Shown in pieces: positions 1-11,853 of a stretch of DNA of 64,000 nucleotides (within the stretch, counting starts at the first letter, position 1; each line of letters starts with the position of its first letter). This DNA comes from Octopus bimaculoides. Taxonomy: Eukaryota. The position numbers and the translations under genes were made by a program. The notes under the pieces are model-generated. The model did not search any database and had not been told where the DNA came from. It saw only the letters and a list, made by a program, of their open reading frames with translations. The stretch is taken from positions 30,125,001-30,189,000 of the forward strand of contig NC_068988.1 of the NCBI RefSeq assembly GCF_001194135.2. The letters run 5' to 3'.

Positions 1-17
1 TATATATATATATATTA

Positions 18-412
18 GCAGTGGCTGTGTGGTAAGAAGCTTGCCTCCCAACCACATGGTTCTGGGTTCAGTCCCACTGCATGGCATCTTGGGCAAGTGT
101 CTGCCTTGGACCGACCAAACCTTTGTGAGTGGATTTGGTAGACAGAAATTGAAAGAAGCCCGTCGTATATTTGTATGTATATGTGTGTGTGTGTATGTTT
201 GTGTGTCTGTGTTTGTCCCCCCAACATCGCTTGACAACCGATGTTGGTGTGTTTACGTCCCCGTAATTTAGCGGTTCGGCAAAAGAAACCGATAGAATAA
301 GTACTAGGCTTACAAAGAATAAGTCTTTGGGTCGATTTGCTCGACTATAAAGGCGGCGCTCCAGCATGGCCACAGTCGAATGACTGAAACCAGTAAAAGA
401 GAGAGTAAAGAG
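18..412 (+). mobile_element. Bipartite tRNA-derived SINE, family 1, with internal microsatellite
   Basis: tRNA-like head gtggctgtgtggtaagaagc...gggttcagtccc, then ttgggcaagtgtct, a central (TA/TG)n, and an AG-rich tail. Confidence 0.8.
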
Positions 413-448
<36 letters not shown>

Positions 449-519
449 ATAATGAGTATATGCATATATAAGTNNNNNNNNNNACAATAATGAGTATATG
501 CATATATAAGTCCATGTAT

Positions 520-655
520 GTGCATACCTACGTCTACCTGTATATATAGGTGCAAACAAAACGTAGAAAAGAAAATTATAATAACCAGAGTACAGAAAAC
601 ACACAAGCCACATAGAGAACATTTTCCTTCATCAGCTACCCCCGTTTTAACACCG
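520..655. repeat. Dispersed repeat shared with ~7990-8155 and ~19455-19510
   Basis: Shared acatagagaa.atttccttcatcagct core; family not identified. Confidence 0.6.
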
Positions 656-1344
656 GCTGTGTGTGTGTGTGTGTGTCTTATAGTATTATGTGTCTGTAGC
701 TAGAGTTTTCGTTCTTTCTTTAGTGTTCACTGTCATTCATGCTGTTCACCTCTTCACCTAGGGTTTCCTCGCTAACCATCTGCTCTGAGATCAAGTTTGG
801 TACCGTGCACTTTTAACCAGCAATAAATACTGCTACTATTTCGGTCTCTACTAGTTGTAGTAATAACGGTTGTTCTTGTTTCCTATGCTTATTACTTTTT
901 AGTTTCTAACATTGATCTGTTTTTCTTTCCTCATTTTCATGTTGTTGTTGTTGTCAATGACGATAAAGATAATGGCTGTAGTCATCATATGTTCACGTCA
1001 TTTACTTGCATTACTTCACTTTATTTGCTCATTCATGTAAATTCCTTTCATTTTGAGTAATTTCTTTCTTTTCTGCATTCTTCCTTTTTTTTCTCCCCCC
1101 ACCTTTTCTTCCATGTTTTTTTTTTTTCTAACTTCTGTATACACTCTTAGTTGTCAGTTGTTGGTTTGTTTGGCCCGTTGGTTCTTTCAAGTGTCTCGAG
1201 AAACTATTTTGGTTATTCTATAATAGTGCATCCTATACACTTGTATATGTTCGTCTAATTAGCTTCTCAAATTAGAATTAAGGAGTGATAGTGACAAACA
1301 TAAAGCGAAAGAGAGAGAAAAAAATAACACACACACACACACGC

Positions 1345-1376
<32 letters not shown>

Positions 1377-1886
1377 GTGAGGAGACAGCACAACAAACAA
1401 GGATATAGCCATAGCAGGAGAGAGGAAGTGATGAAGAATAAAGAAAAGCCAAAAGCTAGTGTTATTGAAGTGTGTGTGGAGGTGACCAGTGAGGTTATGT
1501 GTGCCTCTGTTGCATAGCTGAAGACCTCTGAGTATGAACTCGTGAACTACGAGTAGGCATTAGAAGTGTCTGTCGTGTTAATTATATGATCTAGAGTGTT
1601 TTTCTCACTTGGGTGTAATTTGATTCAAAAGTCAGCGTTAAATCAGATGTACGTATCGTCATTCACACACATATACACACACACGTGTATAATATATATA
1701 TATATATATATATATATGTCAGTAAATAGTGGGGGTGTTAACCGCACGTGGAGAAATAATAGGAAAATGAAAAATAATAATAAGGCAGAATGCTAAACTG
1801 GAAGCATATTTTAATAAAGATTTCTCTAACCGGCTTTCATTGCGAAAAGAAATTTTCAAGAGGGAGAATGAAAATGCTTTTTACAA

Positions 1887-2369
1887 AGTACAAAATGAAG
1901 AAAATAATATATGAAAAAAATATATAAAAAAATAAATATACCAATACATTATATTGTCTTTGAGCTTTTGAAGTTCAATGGTAATCCATGTAGATAATGG
2001 TTGGAAAAATAAGGATGCATGAGAATCGAGAGTTGTGTTAGGTTTAACAAAAGGGTTAAAAGTTTGTGTTAAGCAAGAAGTGTGGTGTCAAAACAGGAAG
2101 TGTGTGTAAGGGGAGACAAATGTTTTTAGTTGGACTCCAACTAAAAACATTTGTCTCCCCTTACACACACTTCCTGTTTTGACATCAGACTTCCTGCTTA
2201 ACAAACTCTTAGCACCTTTTCTCTTTTTTTAAACCTAACACAACTCTCATGCATCCTTATTTTTCCAACCATTATATACATGGATTACCATTGAACTTCA
2301 AAAGCTCAAAGACAATATAATGTATTGGTATATTTATTTTTTTATATATTATTTTCTTCACTTTGTACT
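1887..2369. repeat. ~480 bp imperfect palindrome centred at 2135, probably an inverted PLE pLTR fragment
   Basis: Perfect 49 bp arms at 2086-2134 and 2136-2184 with a 1 nt spacer. Pairing continues with mismatches out to 1887 and 2369. Confidence 0.9.
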
Positions 2370-3130
2370 GGAGCTTTTATATTATATGCATTAGGTAGGT
2401 CCACACCATTCAGCAATGAGGATTCAGTTGGTTGACCAACCGAATTATCTACCCCTAGATTAGGATCTAAGTGACGAAGCGTTCTCTGGAAACGTGCACA
2501 AATAATTAATTTCCAGATAGATTCAGTGTGACGCTGGCTTTGATAAGGCTGTCCTTTCTAGATTACAATTACACCCCACCTAACAAGCTGATGTGATATC
2601 ATTTGTGGATCTATTTGCTCACCTTTCAAGAGTTCACCCTGTTAGCAAAGATATAAATTTTTTGTTGTTTTTCACTGCAGTTTCTGTCTGCTTTTGCAGA
2701 CATTTACATTATCGATGTTTTTGTTGTTGCTTAGCCTTGGCTAAAAGCTTCATCCTGTCTGTAGACTTGTGGCCTTTGATCTACTCAGCAATTCTGGCTC
2801 ATTTAGCAAACACAGTGTTTCAACTATGTCTCTTTTCTTTAACAGTTTGCTGAAATATTTTGAGATTCTTGTATGCACCAATTTAACTTTTTCTTAAGTA
2901 TGAATGCCACCTTGTCTTTTGTTAAATCTTTATAAAGGGCTTAAAAAAAAATCCATAAGACATTTTTGTTTGTGTGTTTTTGCTTTTTATTATTTTGTTT
3001 TACATACAGATTCTTAATCCTGTCAAGTTGTATTAACATATATAAGGAAATTTTATTTTCTACAAATACACATATGCACACGCATAGGTGTGTGTGTGTA
3101 TTTTAGCTAAATATATTTTAGCTTTTGGCT

Positions 3131-3176
<46 letters not shown>

Positions 3177-4589
3177 CAATATTTATTGCGTATTCATTAT
3201 GTATGTATAACTCTGTGTGTGTGTGTTTCCATATTTGTATTCCAGTCTAAATCTTCAAATATGTCTCGTGAACATATTTTTAAAAGTAGAACAACTTCAA
3301 ACCAAGAATAAATTTTATATAAAAAAAAAATAAATAAAAAGTCAATAGAGAAAACCTGAAATTATATTAGTGTTTAAACAAGAACATACAAATAAATTAT
3401 TGTAAATACATTTGCTCACATATGTCTATATACATTCTATATATGTATATATACATACATGAAACTTGCAGCTTGCTGCCTCTTCATTTTATTTGCTTCT
3501 CTTCATTTTATGGCTCTATACATGCTTGCATATATATATACATATATATAATTATTCAATATTAACAGTTTTGTATTAGAAAACCAGGAATTTATACAAG
3601 GCTGTAAAAGAAGTGCTCAAACTAGTTGAGACATAGGTACAAAGTTAATTGCAGAATAAAACCGTTAGGTCATCGACTCGAAAAGCCATAGCCCACCAAT
3701 GACCACATATAAGAAGTACAACATAGACCACAAAAACCAAATTAGTAAAGGGAGGCCAAAATTTTTATACATAAGAATAAAAATCGATTAAAAATGCAAT
3801 AGAATACTATAAATAAATAAGTAAACAGCGATTGAAAATATTAGAGACTGGTACAAATACAGTAGAATAAATAAATATATATATATATATATATATATAN
3901 NNNNNNNNNNNNNNNNNNNNNNNNNNNNNNNNNNNNNNNNNNNNNNNNNNNNNNNNNNNNNNNNNNNNNNNNNNNNNNNNNNNNNNNNNNNNNNNNNNNN
4001 NNNNNNNNNNNNNNNNNNNNNNNNNNNNNNNNNNNNNNNNNNNNNNNNNNNNNNNNNNNNNNNNNNNNNNNNNNNNNNNNNNNNNNNNNNNNNNNNNNNN
4101 NNNNNNNNNNNNNNNNNNNNNNNNNNNNNNNNNNNNNNNNNNNNNNNNNNNNNNNNNNNNNNNNNNNNNNNNNNNNNNNNNNNNNNNNNNNNNNNNNNNN
4201 NNNNNNNNNNNNNNNNNNNNNNNNNNNNNNNNNNNNNNNNNNNNNNNNNNNNNNNNNNNNNNNNNNNNNNNNNNNNNNNNNNNNNNNNNNNNNNNNNNNN
4301 NNNNNNNNNNNNNNNNNNNNNNNNNNNNNNNNNNNNNNNNNNNNNNNNNNNNNNNNNNNNNNNNNNNNNNNNNNNNNNNNNNNNNNNNNNNNNNNNNNNN
4401 NNNNNNNNNNNNNNNNNNNNNNNNNNNNNNNNNNNNNNNNNNNNNNNNNNNNNNNNNNNNNNNNNNNNNNNNNNNNNNNNNNNNNNNNNNNNNNNNNNNN
4501 NNNNNNNNNNNNNNNNNNNNNNNNNNNNNNNNNNNNNNNNNNNNNNNTATTTTTATATATATCAGTATTTTTGTCTTTTTATTTTAATT

Positions 4590-5069
4590 TTAATTTCTAT
4601 CATTACCATTACTATCACCATTACTACCATTATTACCACTACTAATACTATTATTTTTGTTCTTATTTCTATTTTTATATAGTTTTAGGAAGGTGGAGGA
4701 AAATTTATGATTGCAAAAAAGGATTACCTCGATAAACTTATTCAAGGTTTTCGGCTCAAAAGACCTAAGAATGGAAAGGGATTCCCTAATGCATAATAAG
4801 CACTTGCTAATATCAGCCCTAAATCGGGGGGTTCTAGATAAGATTGACCATTCAAGATAGTACTTCTTATTCCTCCACTTGAGGTCATGCAGGTAAGAGG
4901 CGAGTGTTGTGGAATTATAATATTTCTCATTAGAAAAGGAACTCATGTGCACCCTATAACTGGCTTTAAAATTCGCTGAACTTCCAATATAGAACTTATT
5001 TTGTTTGTCCTCGTCTCTAACTACGCATTTATACACTACGTTTGTGGACAAACAAAGTCTGCCGAGAGG
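4590..5069 (-). pseudogene. Inverted copy of the Penelope-like GIY-YIG fragment; lacks ~45 nt of the CNCR linker
   Basis: The ORF 4590..5051 translation is near-identical to 5158..5532. Confidence 0.85.
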
Positions 5070-5085
5070 CCATCCTTAAAGTCAT

Positions 5086-5532
5086 GACTTTAAGGGTGGC
5101 CGTAAAAAATTATGTAATTGTAGGGACACTTCTTTATGTCCTCTTGGCGGACTTTGTTTGTCCACAAACGTAGTGTATAAATGCGTAGTCAGAGACGAGG
5201 ACAAACAAAATAAGTTCTATATTGGAAGTTCAGCAAGTTTTAAAGCCAGGTATAGGGCGCACATGAGTTCCTTTTCTAATGAGAAATATCATAATTCCAC
5301 AACACTCGCCTCTTACCTGCATGACCTCAAGTGGAGGAATAAGAAGTACTATCTTGAATGGTCAATCTTATCTAGAACCCCCGAATTTAGGGCTAATATT
5401 AGCAAGTACTTATTATGCATTAGGGAATCCCTTTCCATTCTTAGGTCTTTTGAGCCGAAAACCTTGAATAAGTTTATCGAGGTAATCCCTTTTTGCAATC
5501 ATAAATTTTCCTCCACCTTCCTAAAACTATAA
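5086..5532 (+). pseudogene. Penelope-like GIY-YIG endonuclease, 5'-truncated ORF fragment
   Basis: The frame extends upstream of the called ORF: DFKGGRKKLCNCRDTSLCPLGGLCLSTNVVYKC...FYIGSS...FKARY..H...LASYLHDLK...W.IL...C.LC..E. This is the PLE CNCR-CPL-G-CL zinc linker followed by the VVY/YIG motifs. Confidence 0.88.
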
Positions 5533-5897
5533 AAATGGAAATAAGAACAAAAATAATCGTATTAGTAGTGGTAATAATGGTNNNNNNNNNNNNNNNNNNN
5601 NNNNNNNNNNNNNNNNNNNNNNNNNNNNNNNNNNNNNNNNNNNNNNNNNNNNNNNNNNNNNNNNNNNNNNNNNNNNNNNNNNNNNNNNNNNNNNNNNNNN
5701 NNNNNNNNNNNNNNNNNNNNNNNNNNNNNNNNNNNNNNNNNNNNNNNNNNNNNNNNNNNNNNNNNNNNNNNNNNNNNNNNNNNNNNNNNNNNNNNNNNNN
5801 NNNNNNNNNNNNNNNNNNNNNNNNNNNNNNNNNNNNNNNNNNNNNNNATTATAATGCTTTTGACTGGTGACTTTGTTGATGTCTGTGTGTCTTTTTT

Positions 5898-5979
5898 TAC
5901 CCTGAAGAAGGGGTTATCACCAATTTGTGCTCTATTGTGCATTAAATACGGTGATATACCCCCGAAATGGCCATAGGTG
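5898..5979 (+). ncRNA. Minimal type I hammerhead ribozyme in the Penelope pLTR
   Basis: Core CTGAAGA at 5902-5908 plus an extra A. Stem II GGGGTTATCACC pairs with GGTGATATACCCC. GAAA at 5964-5967. Palindromic stem III ATGGCCAT at 5967-5974. Predicted cleavage 3' of A5975. Stem I TACC pairs with GGTG. Confidence 0.75.
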
Positions 5980-8864
5980 TTCTGTGTTTGTGTTGCACCT
6001 ATACTTGTAATCCACTGTAAATGATGTTTATGGTTTGACTTTACTGATGTTACCTGCGGAATGTTGAAATATGGATTTTACTTTGCCACACTTTGGATGT
6101 TCTGTTGCTGTTTTGTCCCGTACGCTTCGGTATTCCTGTTTATGAAATTGGATTTTACCTACTAAATTTGCTGTCATGAGGGAGGTAGTTGAACTTTCGT
6201 ACTACTTGTCTTGAATTTTTTCTTTATTGGCTATTGGCCTCAGTGAATGAACTGTTGTGCTACGGTCTCCCTATGTATTATTTTTTTTTCTTCTCAATAT
6301 TTTTTCTATATATATATTTTTATTCTACTGTATTTGTACCAGTCTCTAATATTTTTAATCAACTTTTTAATCGCAATTTATTTATTTATATTATTCGATT
6401 GTATTTTTAATTGATTTTTATTCTTACGTATAAAAATTTGACCTCCCTTTACTAATTTGGTTTTTGTGGTCTATGTCGTACTTCGTATATGTGGTCATTG
6501 GTGGGCTACGGCTTTTCGAGTCGATGACCTAACGGTTTTATTCTGCAATTAACTTTATATATACATATATATATATATTTGTGTGTGTGTTTGTATATTT
6601 GAGAGTGCATGTCTGTGTATATGTACATGCACATATGTACAGATATATTTATATGTATATATTCATATAGATATAAACGCTCATACATCTGTAGGGTATG
6701 TATGTATGTATGCATGAATGTATGAATGTAAGTAAGTATATGTATGTTTTGTTTTATCTAATTGCTATTTTAACAAAATTCCTCTGTTTCATCCACTGCA
6801 TGTTTTGACCCAGGCAAGTTTGAATTATGGAAAGGTAGTGTATATTCCTCTCCACTTTCATTAATGGTTGTAGTTATTAACAATTCACTCCCTTTATCTC
6901 TCTTTCTCTATCTCTCTCTCTCTCTCTCTCTTCTGCGCTCTCTCTCTCTCTTCTGCGCTCTCTCCTCTCTCACTCTCTCTCTCTCTTCCTCCCTCTTTCT
7001 CTCTCTTTCTCCCACAATTTCATATCTTTTGTTCAGCTTTTCACTTGCATGCTTCTTGCTAAAAACAAACCAACTAATAGAAGTAATATATACAAAAAAA
7101 AAAATAATAATAATTAATATTAATAAGTAATTAGTGTTTGTTTGTTGTTATATATATGTTTGTGTGGATTAATTGGAGTTCAGGAAACTTTTGTAAATTT
7201 CTCTTTTTTGTTCAAATTATTTTTTCTTGTATTTCATATATATATGTATAAACGTGTGAGTGTGTCAGTAAATTATTNNNNNNNNNNNNNNNNNNNNNNN
7301 NNNNNNNNNNNNNNNNNNNNNNNNNNNNNNNNNNNNNNNNNNNNNNNNNNNNNNNNNNNNNNNNNNNNNNNNNNNNNNNNNNNNNNNNNNNNNNNNNNNN
7401 NNNNNNNNNNNNNNNNNNNNNNNNNNNNNNNNNNNNNNNNNNNNNNNNNNNNNNNNNNNNNNNNNNNNNNNNNNNNNNNNNNNNNNNNNNNNNNNNNNNN
7501 NNNNNNNNNNNNNNNNNNNNNNNNNNNNNNNNNNNNNNNNNNNNNNNNNNNNNNNNNNNNNNNNNNNNNNNNNNNNNNNNNNNNNNNNNNNNNNNNNNNN
7601 NNNNNNNNNNNNNNNNNNNNNNNNNNNNNNNNNNNNNNNNNNNNNNNNNNNNNNNNNNNNNNNNNNNNNNNNNNNNNNNNNNNNNNNNNNNNNNNNNNNN
7701 NNNNNNNNNNNNNNNNNNNNNNNNNNNNNNNNNNNNNNNNNNNNNNNNNNNNNNNNNNNNNNNNNNNNNNNNNNNNNNNTTTAGGAAAATAAAAATAAGC
7801 GGAAATTTTAACAGTGAGTGTGTTAAATTTTAAGGCACAATAAGAAAACGACTCTCCCCAGACACAACAGAATATGCTTCAACACACGAAATCACATAAA
7901 GAATCTTGCAAACCAAATCCAAAAACGAAATATATATATATATATATATATAATACAAATAATATGCGAGTATATGCATATATACGAACATGTATGCACA
8001 ACCCTACATCTACATGTATATATAGATGCATATCTGGGTACAGGACATCACAAAAAAACGTGGGCAAAATGATAAACAGAACACAGAAAACAAACAGGTC
8101 ACATAGAGAATATTTCCTTCATCAGCTGTCCCTATTCTAAACTAAGTGTTTCGAAGAGTTATGTATGTATATCAGCATTTAATGTCCGTTTTTCCATGCT
8201 GGCATGGTCTGGACAGTGTGACAAGATTTAGCCACCCACATGGCTACACTAGACTCCTGCATCGAGATTTTGGCATGGTTTCTACCGTTGGATATCCATC
8301 CTAATGCCAACAACTTTATAGTGTGTATCGGGTATATTCTTCATGCTATCAGCTCTAGTGAGGTTGCCAAATAACAGAAAAGAACTCACACACACACACA
8401 GATACATATATGAGACCATCTTTTAACCTTTCATTCTATTTTATGTTTTCCTTTGGTGCCCTTCCCTTGGTTTGATCCCTTTATCCATCTCTATCATCTT
8501 CTTACCCTCTTCTCATTTTCATCATGTTCCACTGCTCCACAATGCTTCCCTTCTCTTTTAGGTTTGTTCCTTAAAGATACTGTTAATGGTCACTGAAGAT
8601 AAACAATTTAGAAGCAAATAGCATTGATCCTTTATTTTCCAAACTACTTTAAACACATTGCAATAGCATGGGTCCTCAATGACCAAGAGCAGACACATTT
8701 GACTCCCTGCACTTATAAGTTCGAATTCTGTTTGGATTAACTTAGCTACCATTCTTCGGGTTTTGACAAAATAAGTAAACTCTTTGATTTTAACTGACTT
8801 TTCCCTTCCCTACCAATTTCTACCAGCCTTATTGCCTTCGTTAGAAATCATTATAAATGGCCTG

Positions 8865-9265
8865 GTAATTTGGCAGTGCCTTGCTGCATTTCTTCCAGCT
8901 CTTTATGTTCTGAGTTCAAATCCCATGAAAGTCAACTTTGAAGTCGATAAAGTATTAGTTTAATATTGGGGTCAGTTAGACTGACTAGACTCCCCTACTC
9001 TCTAAGCTGCAGTGTGTGTGCTAACATAAGGCATGATGATTATTATTATTAAGGTATGTGAGCTGACAGAATTGTTAGCTCCCTGGGCAAGATGCTTAGC
9101 GACATTTTTGTCCGCCTTTACATATTCTGAATTCAAATGCCATCGAGGATAACTTTACTATTCATCAATCTGGGGTTGATAAAATAAGTACCAGTTGAGC
9201 ACTGAGGGTCGATGTAATTGCTGGCCTTGTGCCAAAATTTGGAATCATCATCATCATTATTATTA
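8865..9265 (+). mobile_element. Two tandem diverged family 2 SINEs
   Basis: ctgagttcaaat...aactttg...gtcgataaa...aagtacc occurs twice. Confidence 0.6.
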
Positions 9266-10196
9266 TTACTATTAATGGTATATTGTGGAATTTTTAGAGT
9301 GCGATACAAAATGACATTGTAAATGGGAAGTGTGTGACCATCCTTGGCAAACCACCCAAACCTTACCTAACCAAACTATGGAACTTTAAATATAGATATA
9401 CTTCTTTAAAGAATTGTTATATGTGTGTGTGTGAGGGTTGGGTGGGGTGGGCTTCATTTTTACTGAAGCAGAAGAGGTGGGGGTGGCAGTGAGGGGATTG
9501 TTGCTTGTGGTTAATTAACCTAATTTCTGAAGGGAGAATTAAGTTAAAAACAAATGTTGGTGTTAGTGTGAGAAGTAATAATCATAATAATAATAATAAT
9601 AATTTTTGATGACAACGATGATGATGATGATGATGATATAAAAAAGAACAAGAATATTAAAAAAGTAAACACTACAAAATCTCCACCCCACTATCACAGA
9701 ACCAAAAAACAGATGGGCCAAGTTTGGTAAAAAATTTTTTTTTCTTTTTAGAAGGGAGGGGCTTTTTGAAAGTTGTTTCTTTGACACACAATCTAAAAGA
9801 CTGCTTTTTACAAAGATTAAAAATGTAAGCGAAAAAAAAAACACAATCTGCTTGATCCTACCACCCCTCCTAAAAGAAATTAGGGCCATTTTTCGCTGCT
9901 GAAATGTAAGTTTTCTTTCATTTTGTCTCCATCTATTTGTCTTGTTTGGCTTAAAATTAAATGGGTCTATACTAGTTTTGATAATAAATGATGGTTTCAA
10001 ATTTTGGCACAAGACCAATAATTTTGGGAGTTGCGGATAGTCAATTACATCAACACTAGTGCTCAACTAGTACTTATTTTATCATCCCTTAAAAGCATGA
10101 AAGGCTAAGTTGACCTTTGTAGAATTTGAACCCAGAAGACAAATATTGCAAAGCATTTTATCCAGCCTGCTTACAATATAATTATTTCACGAATTT

Positions 10197-10462
10197 GGCT
10201 CCCGTGCAGATAGCACGTAAAAAACACCTTTTGAGCGTGGTCGGTGCCAGAACCGCCTGACCGGCTCTCATGCCAGTGACACGTAAAAGCACCCACTACA
10301 CTCTTGGAGTGGTTGGTTTTAGAAATGGCATCCAGCTGTAGAAACTTTGCCAAATCAGATTGGAGCCTGGTGCAGCCATGTGGTTCACCAGTCCTCAGTC
10401 AAACCGTCCAACCCATGCTAGCATGGAAAGCAGACGTTAAACAACGATGATGATGATGATGA
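10197..10462 (+). mobile_element. RTE LINE 3' UTR copy
   Basis: catccagctgtagaaac...ccatgctagcatggaaagc.gacgttaaac followed by (GAT)n. Confidence 0.8.
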
Positions 10463-11044
10463 TTCCAAATGTATGATACGTTAGATGTCAGGCTGGGTCA
10501 AGCCCTAACACGATTTGAACTCAGTTTGAAATGGTACATTGAAGAAAGTTCATCCATGCTACTGTTTTACATTTTCTGCCTCTCCACTGAAACAAGAACA
10601 ACGGCAATGATGATGATGATGTGAATATGTTGTTTTCTCTCATCAAAATATTGATTTATAACATAATAATATTAAAATTAATGTTAATAATACTGATTTT
10701 TGATGATGATGATGATAATTGATCTTTTCTAGACTTTCATTATAAATCTGATCAATAACAATAATGATGATGATAATAATAATAATAATAGCAGTAATAA
10801 TAATTGCTCCCTTTACTTCGTCTTTTCTTTCATTTTCTCGAATTAGTTTCTTGGGTCTCTTCACTTTCTTCTTACTTTCTGCATGTCTCTGTCTGTGTGT
10901 CCCTGCCTTTTCCTCCATACTTTTATTATACCTTACACTGTCTCTCTCATGATGATGATGAAGGAAAAACAAGGTAGGGCTGGCTGGAAAAATACACCTT
11001 GATTGGATAATCAATTATGTATAACTCTTGGTCATTAATGGGCA

Positions 11045-11090
<46 letters not shown>

Positions 11091-11356
11091 AACAAAGAGA
11101 GAGAGAGAGCAAACGGATGTTTATGTGTACAGACATCTTTGCTTGTGCGTATATGTGTTTGCATATATTCATGCATATATTCATAAGCATGTGTATGTAT
11201 GTGTGTGTGTAATGTAGTTGAGAATTAGCAGATCTGTTAGAGCATCCGGCAAAATGTTTTATAGAATTTGTTCTGACTTTCTGTGTTCAACTCCAGCCAA
11301 AGTCACATTTGCCTTTCGTCCTTTTAGTGGACATTTTGGACATTAAAAAACACACA

Positions 11357-11494
11357 AAAACCGTTAAGATTCGCTTCAACATTTAAATTTAATTTGCAGC
11401 ACAGAATTATTGTCAGTGAACAGGTCACGGTCTCAAAGCGACGAAAATATTTTAGCAAATTAAATTTAAATGTTGAGGTGAATCTAACGATTTT
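11357..11494. mobile_element. Small MITE-like element with ~40 bp inverted arms
   Basis: ccgttaagattcgcttcaacatttaaatttaatttgc pairs with gcaaattaaatttaaatgttgaggtgaatctaacga. Confidence 0.65.
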
Positions 11495-11619
11495 GGATAT
11501 TGTTCTTACACAATGTCACAGGTGAAAAGTAAAGAAAACCCATTGGATGATTACAACTGCAATGCCTATAGTTCAGGGTTCTGTTCGATGAAGGCCTCTT
11601 TGGTTCTAAATAACAACTA

Positions 11620-11853
11620 AGCGTGGCCGTTGCCAGTACCGCCTGACTGGCCTTCGTGCGTGTGACACGTAAAAGCACCCACTACACTCTCTGAGTGGTT
11701 GGCGTTAGGAAGGACATCCAGCTGTAGAAACTCTGCCAAATCAGATTGGAGCCTGGTGTTGCCATCCGGTTTCACCAGTCCTCAGTCAAATCATCCAACC
11801 CATGCTAGCATGGAAGGCGGACGTTAAACGATGATGATGATGATGATGATGAT
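11620..11853 (+). mobile_element. RTE LINE 3' UTR copy
   Basis: Same family signature with a (GAT)n tail. Confidence 0.8.

Larger units (their letters stand above)
3641..6556. mobile_element. Head-to-head inverted duplication of the 3' end of a Penelope-like retroelement (GIY-YIG endonuclease and pLTR)
   Basis: 4547-5084 mirrors 5085-~5580, and 3641-~3895 mirrors ~6300-6556. The centre ggccatccttaaagtca|tgactttaagggtggcc lies at 5084/5085. Confidence 0.88.

Noticed and set aside
445-511. Exact 28 bp direct repeat flanking a 10-N gap
   Set aside because: Typical overlap of contig ends at a placeholder gap, so an assembly artefact.
1380-1650. Repeat-poor stretch resembling a 5' UTR exon with a possible GTACGT donor
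   Set aside because: There is no independent sequence support for a promoter or exon; it needs transcript data.
8100-8160. CTGATGA and CGAAAC on the minus strand (also ~19460-19510), suggesting a hammerhead
   Set aside because: The order is permuted (GAAA first) and I could not form stem I or a convincing stem III.
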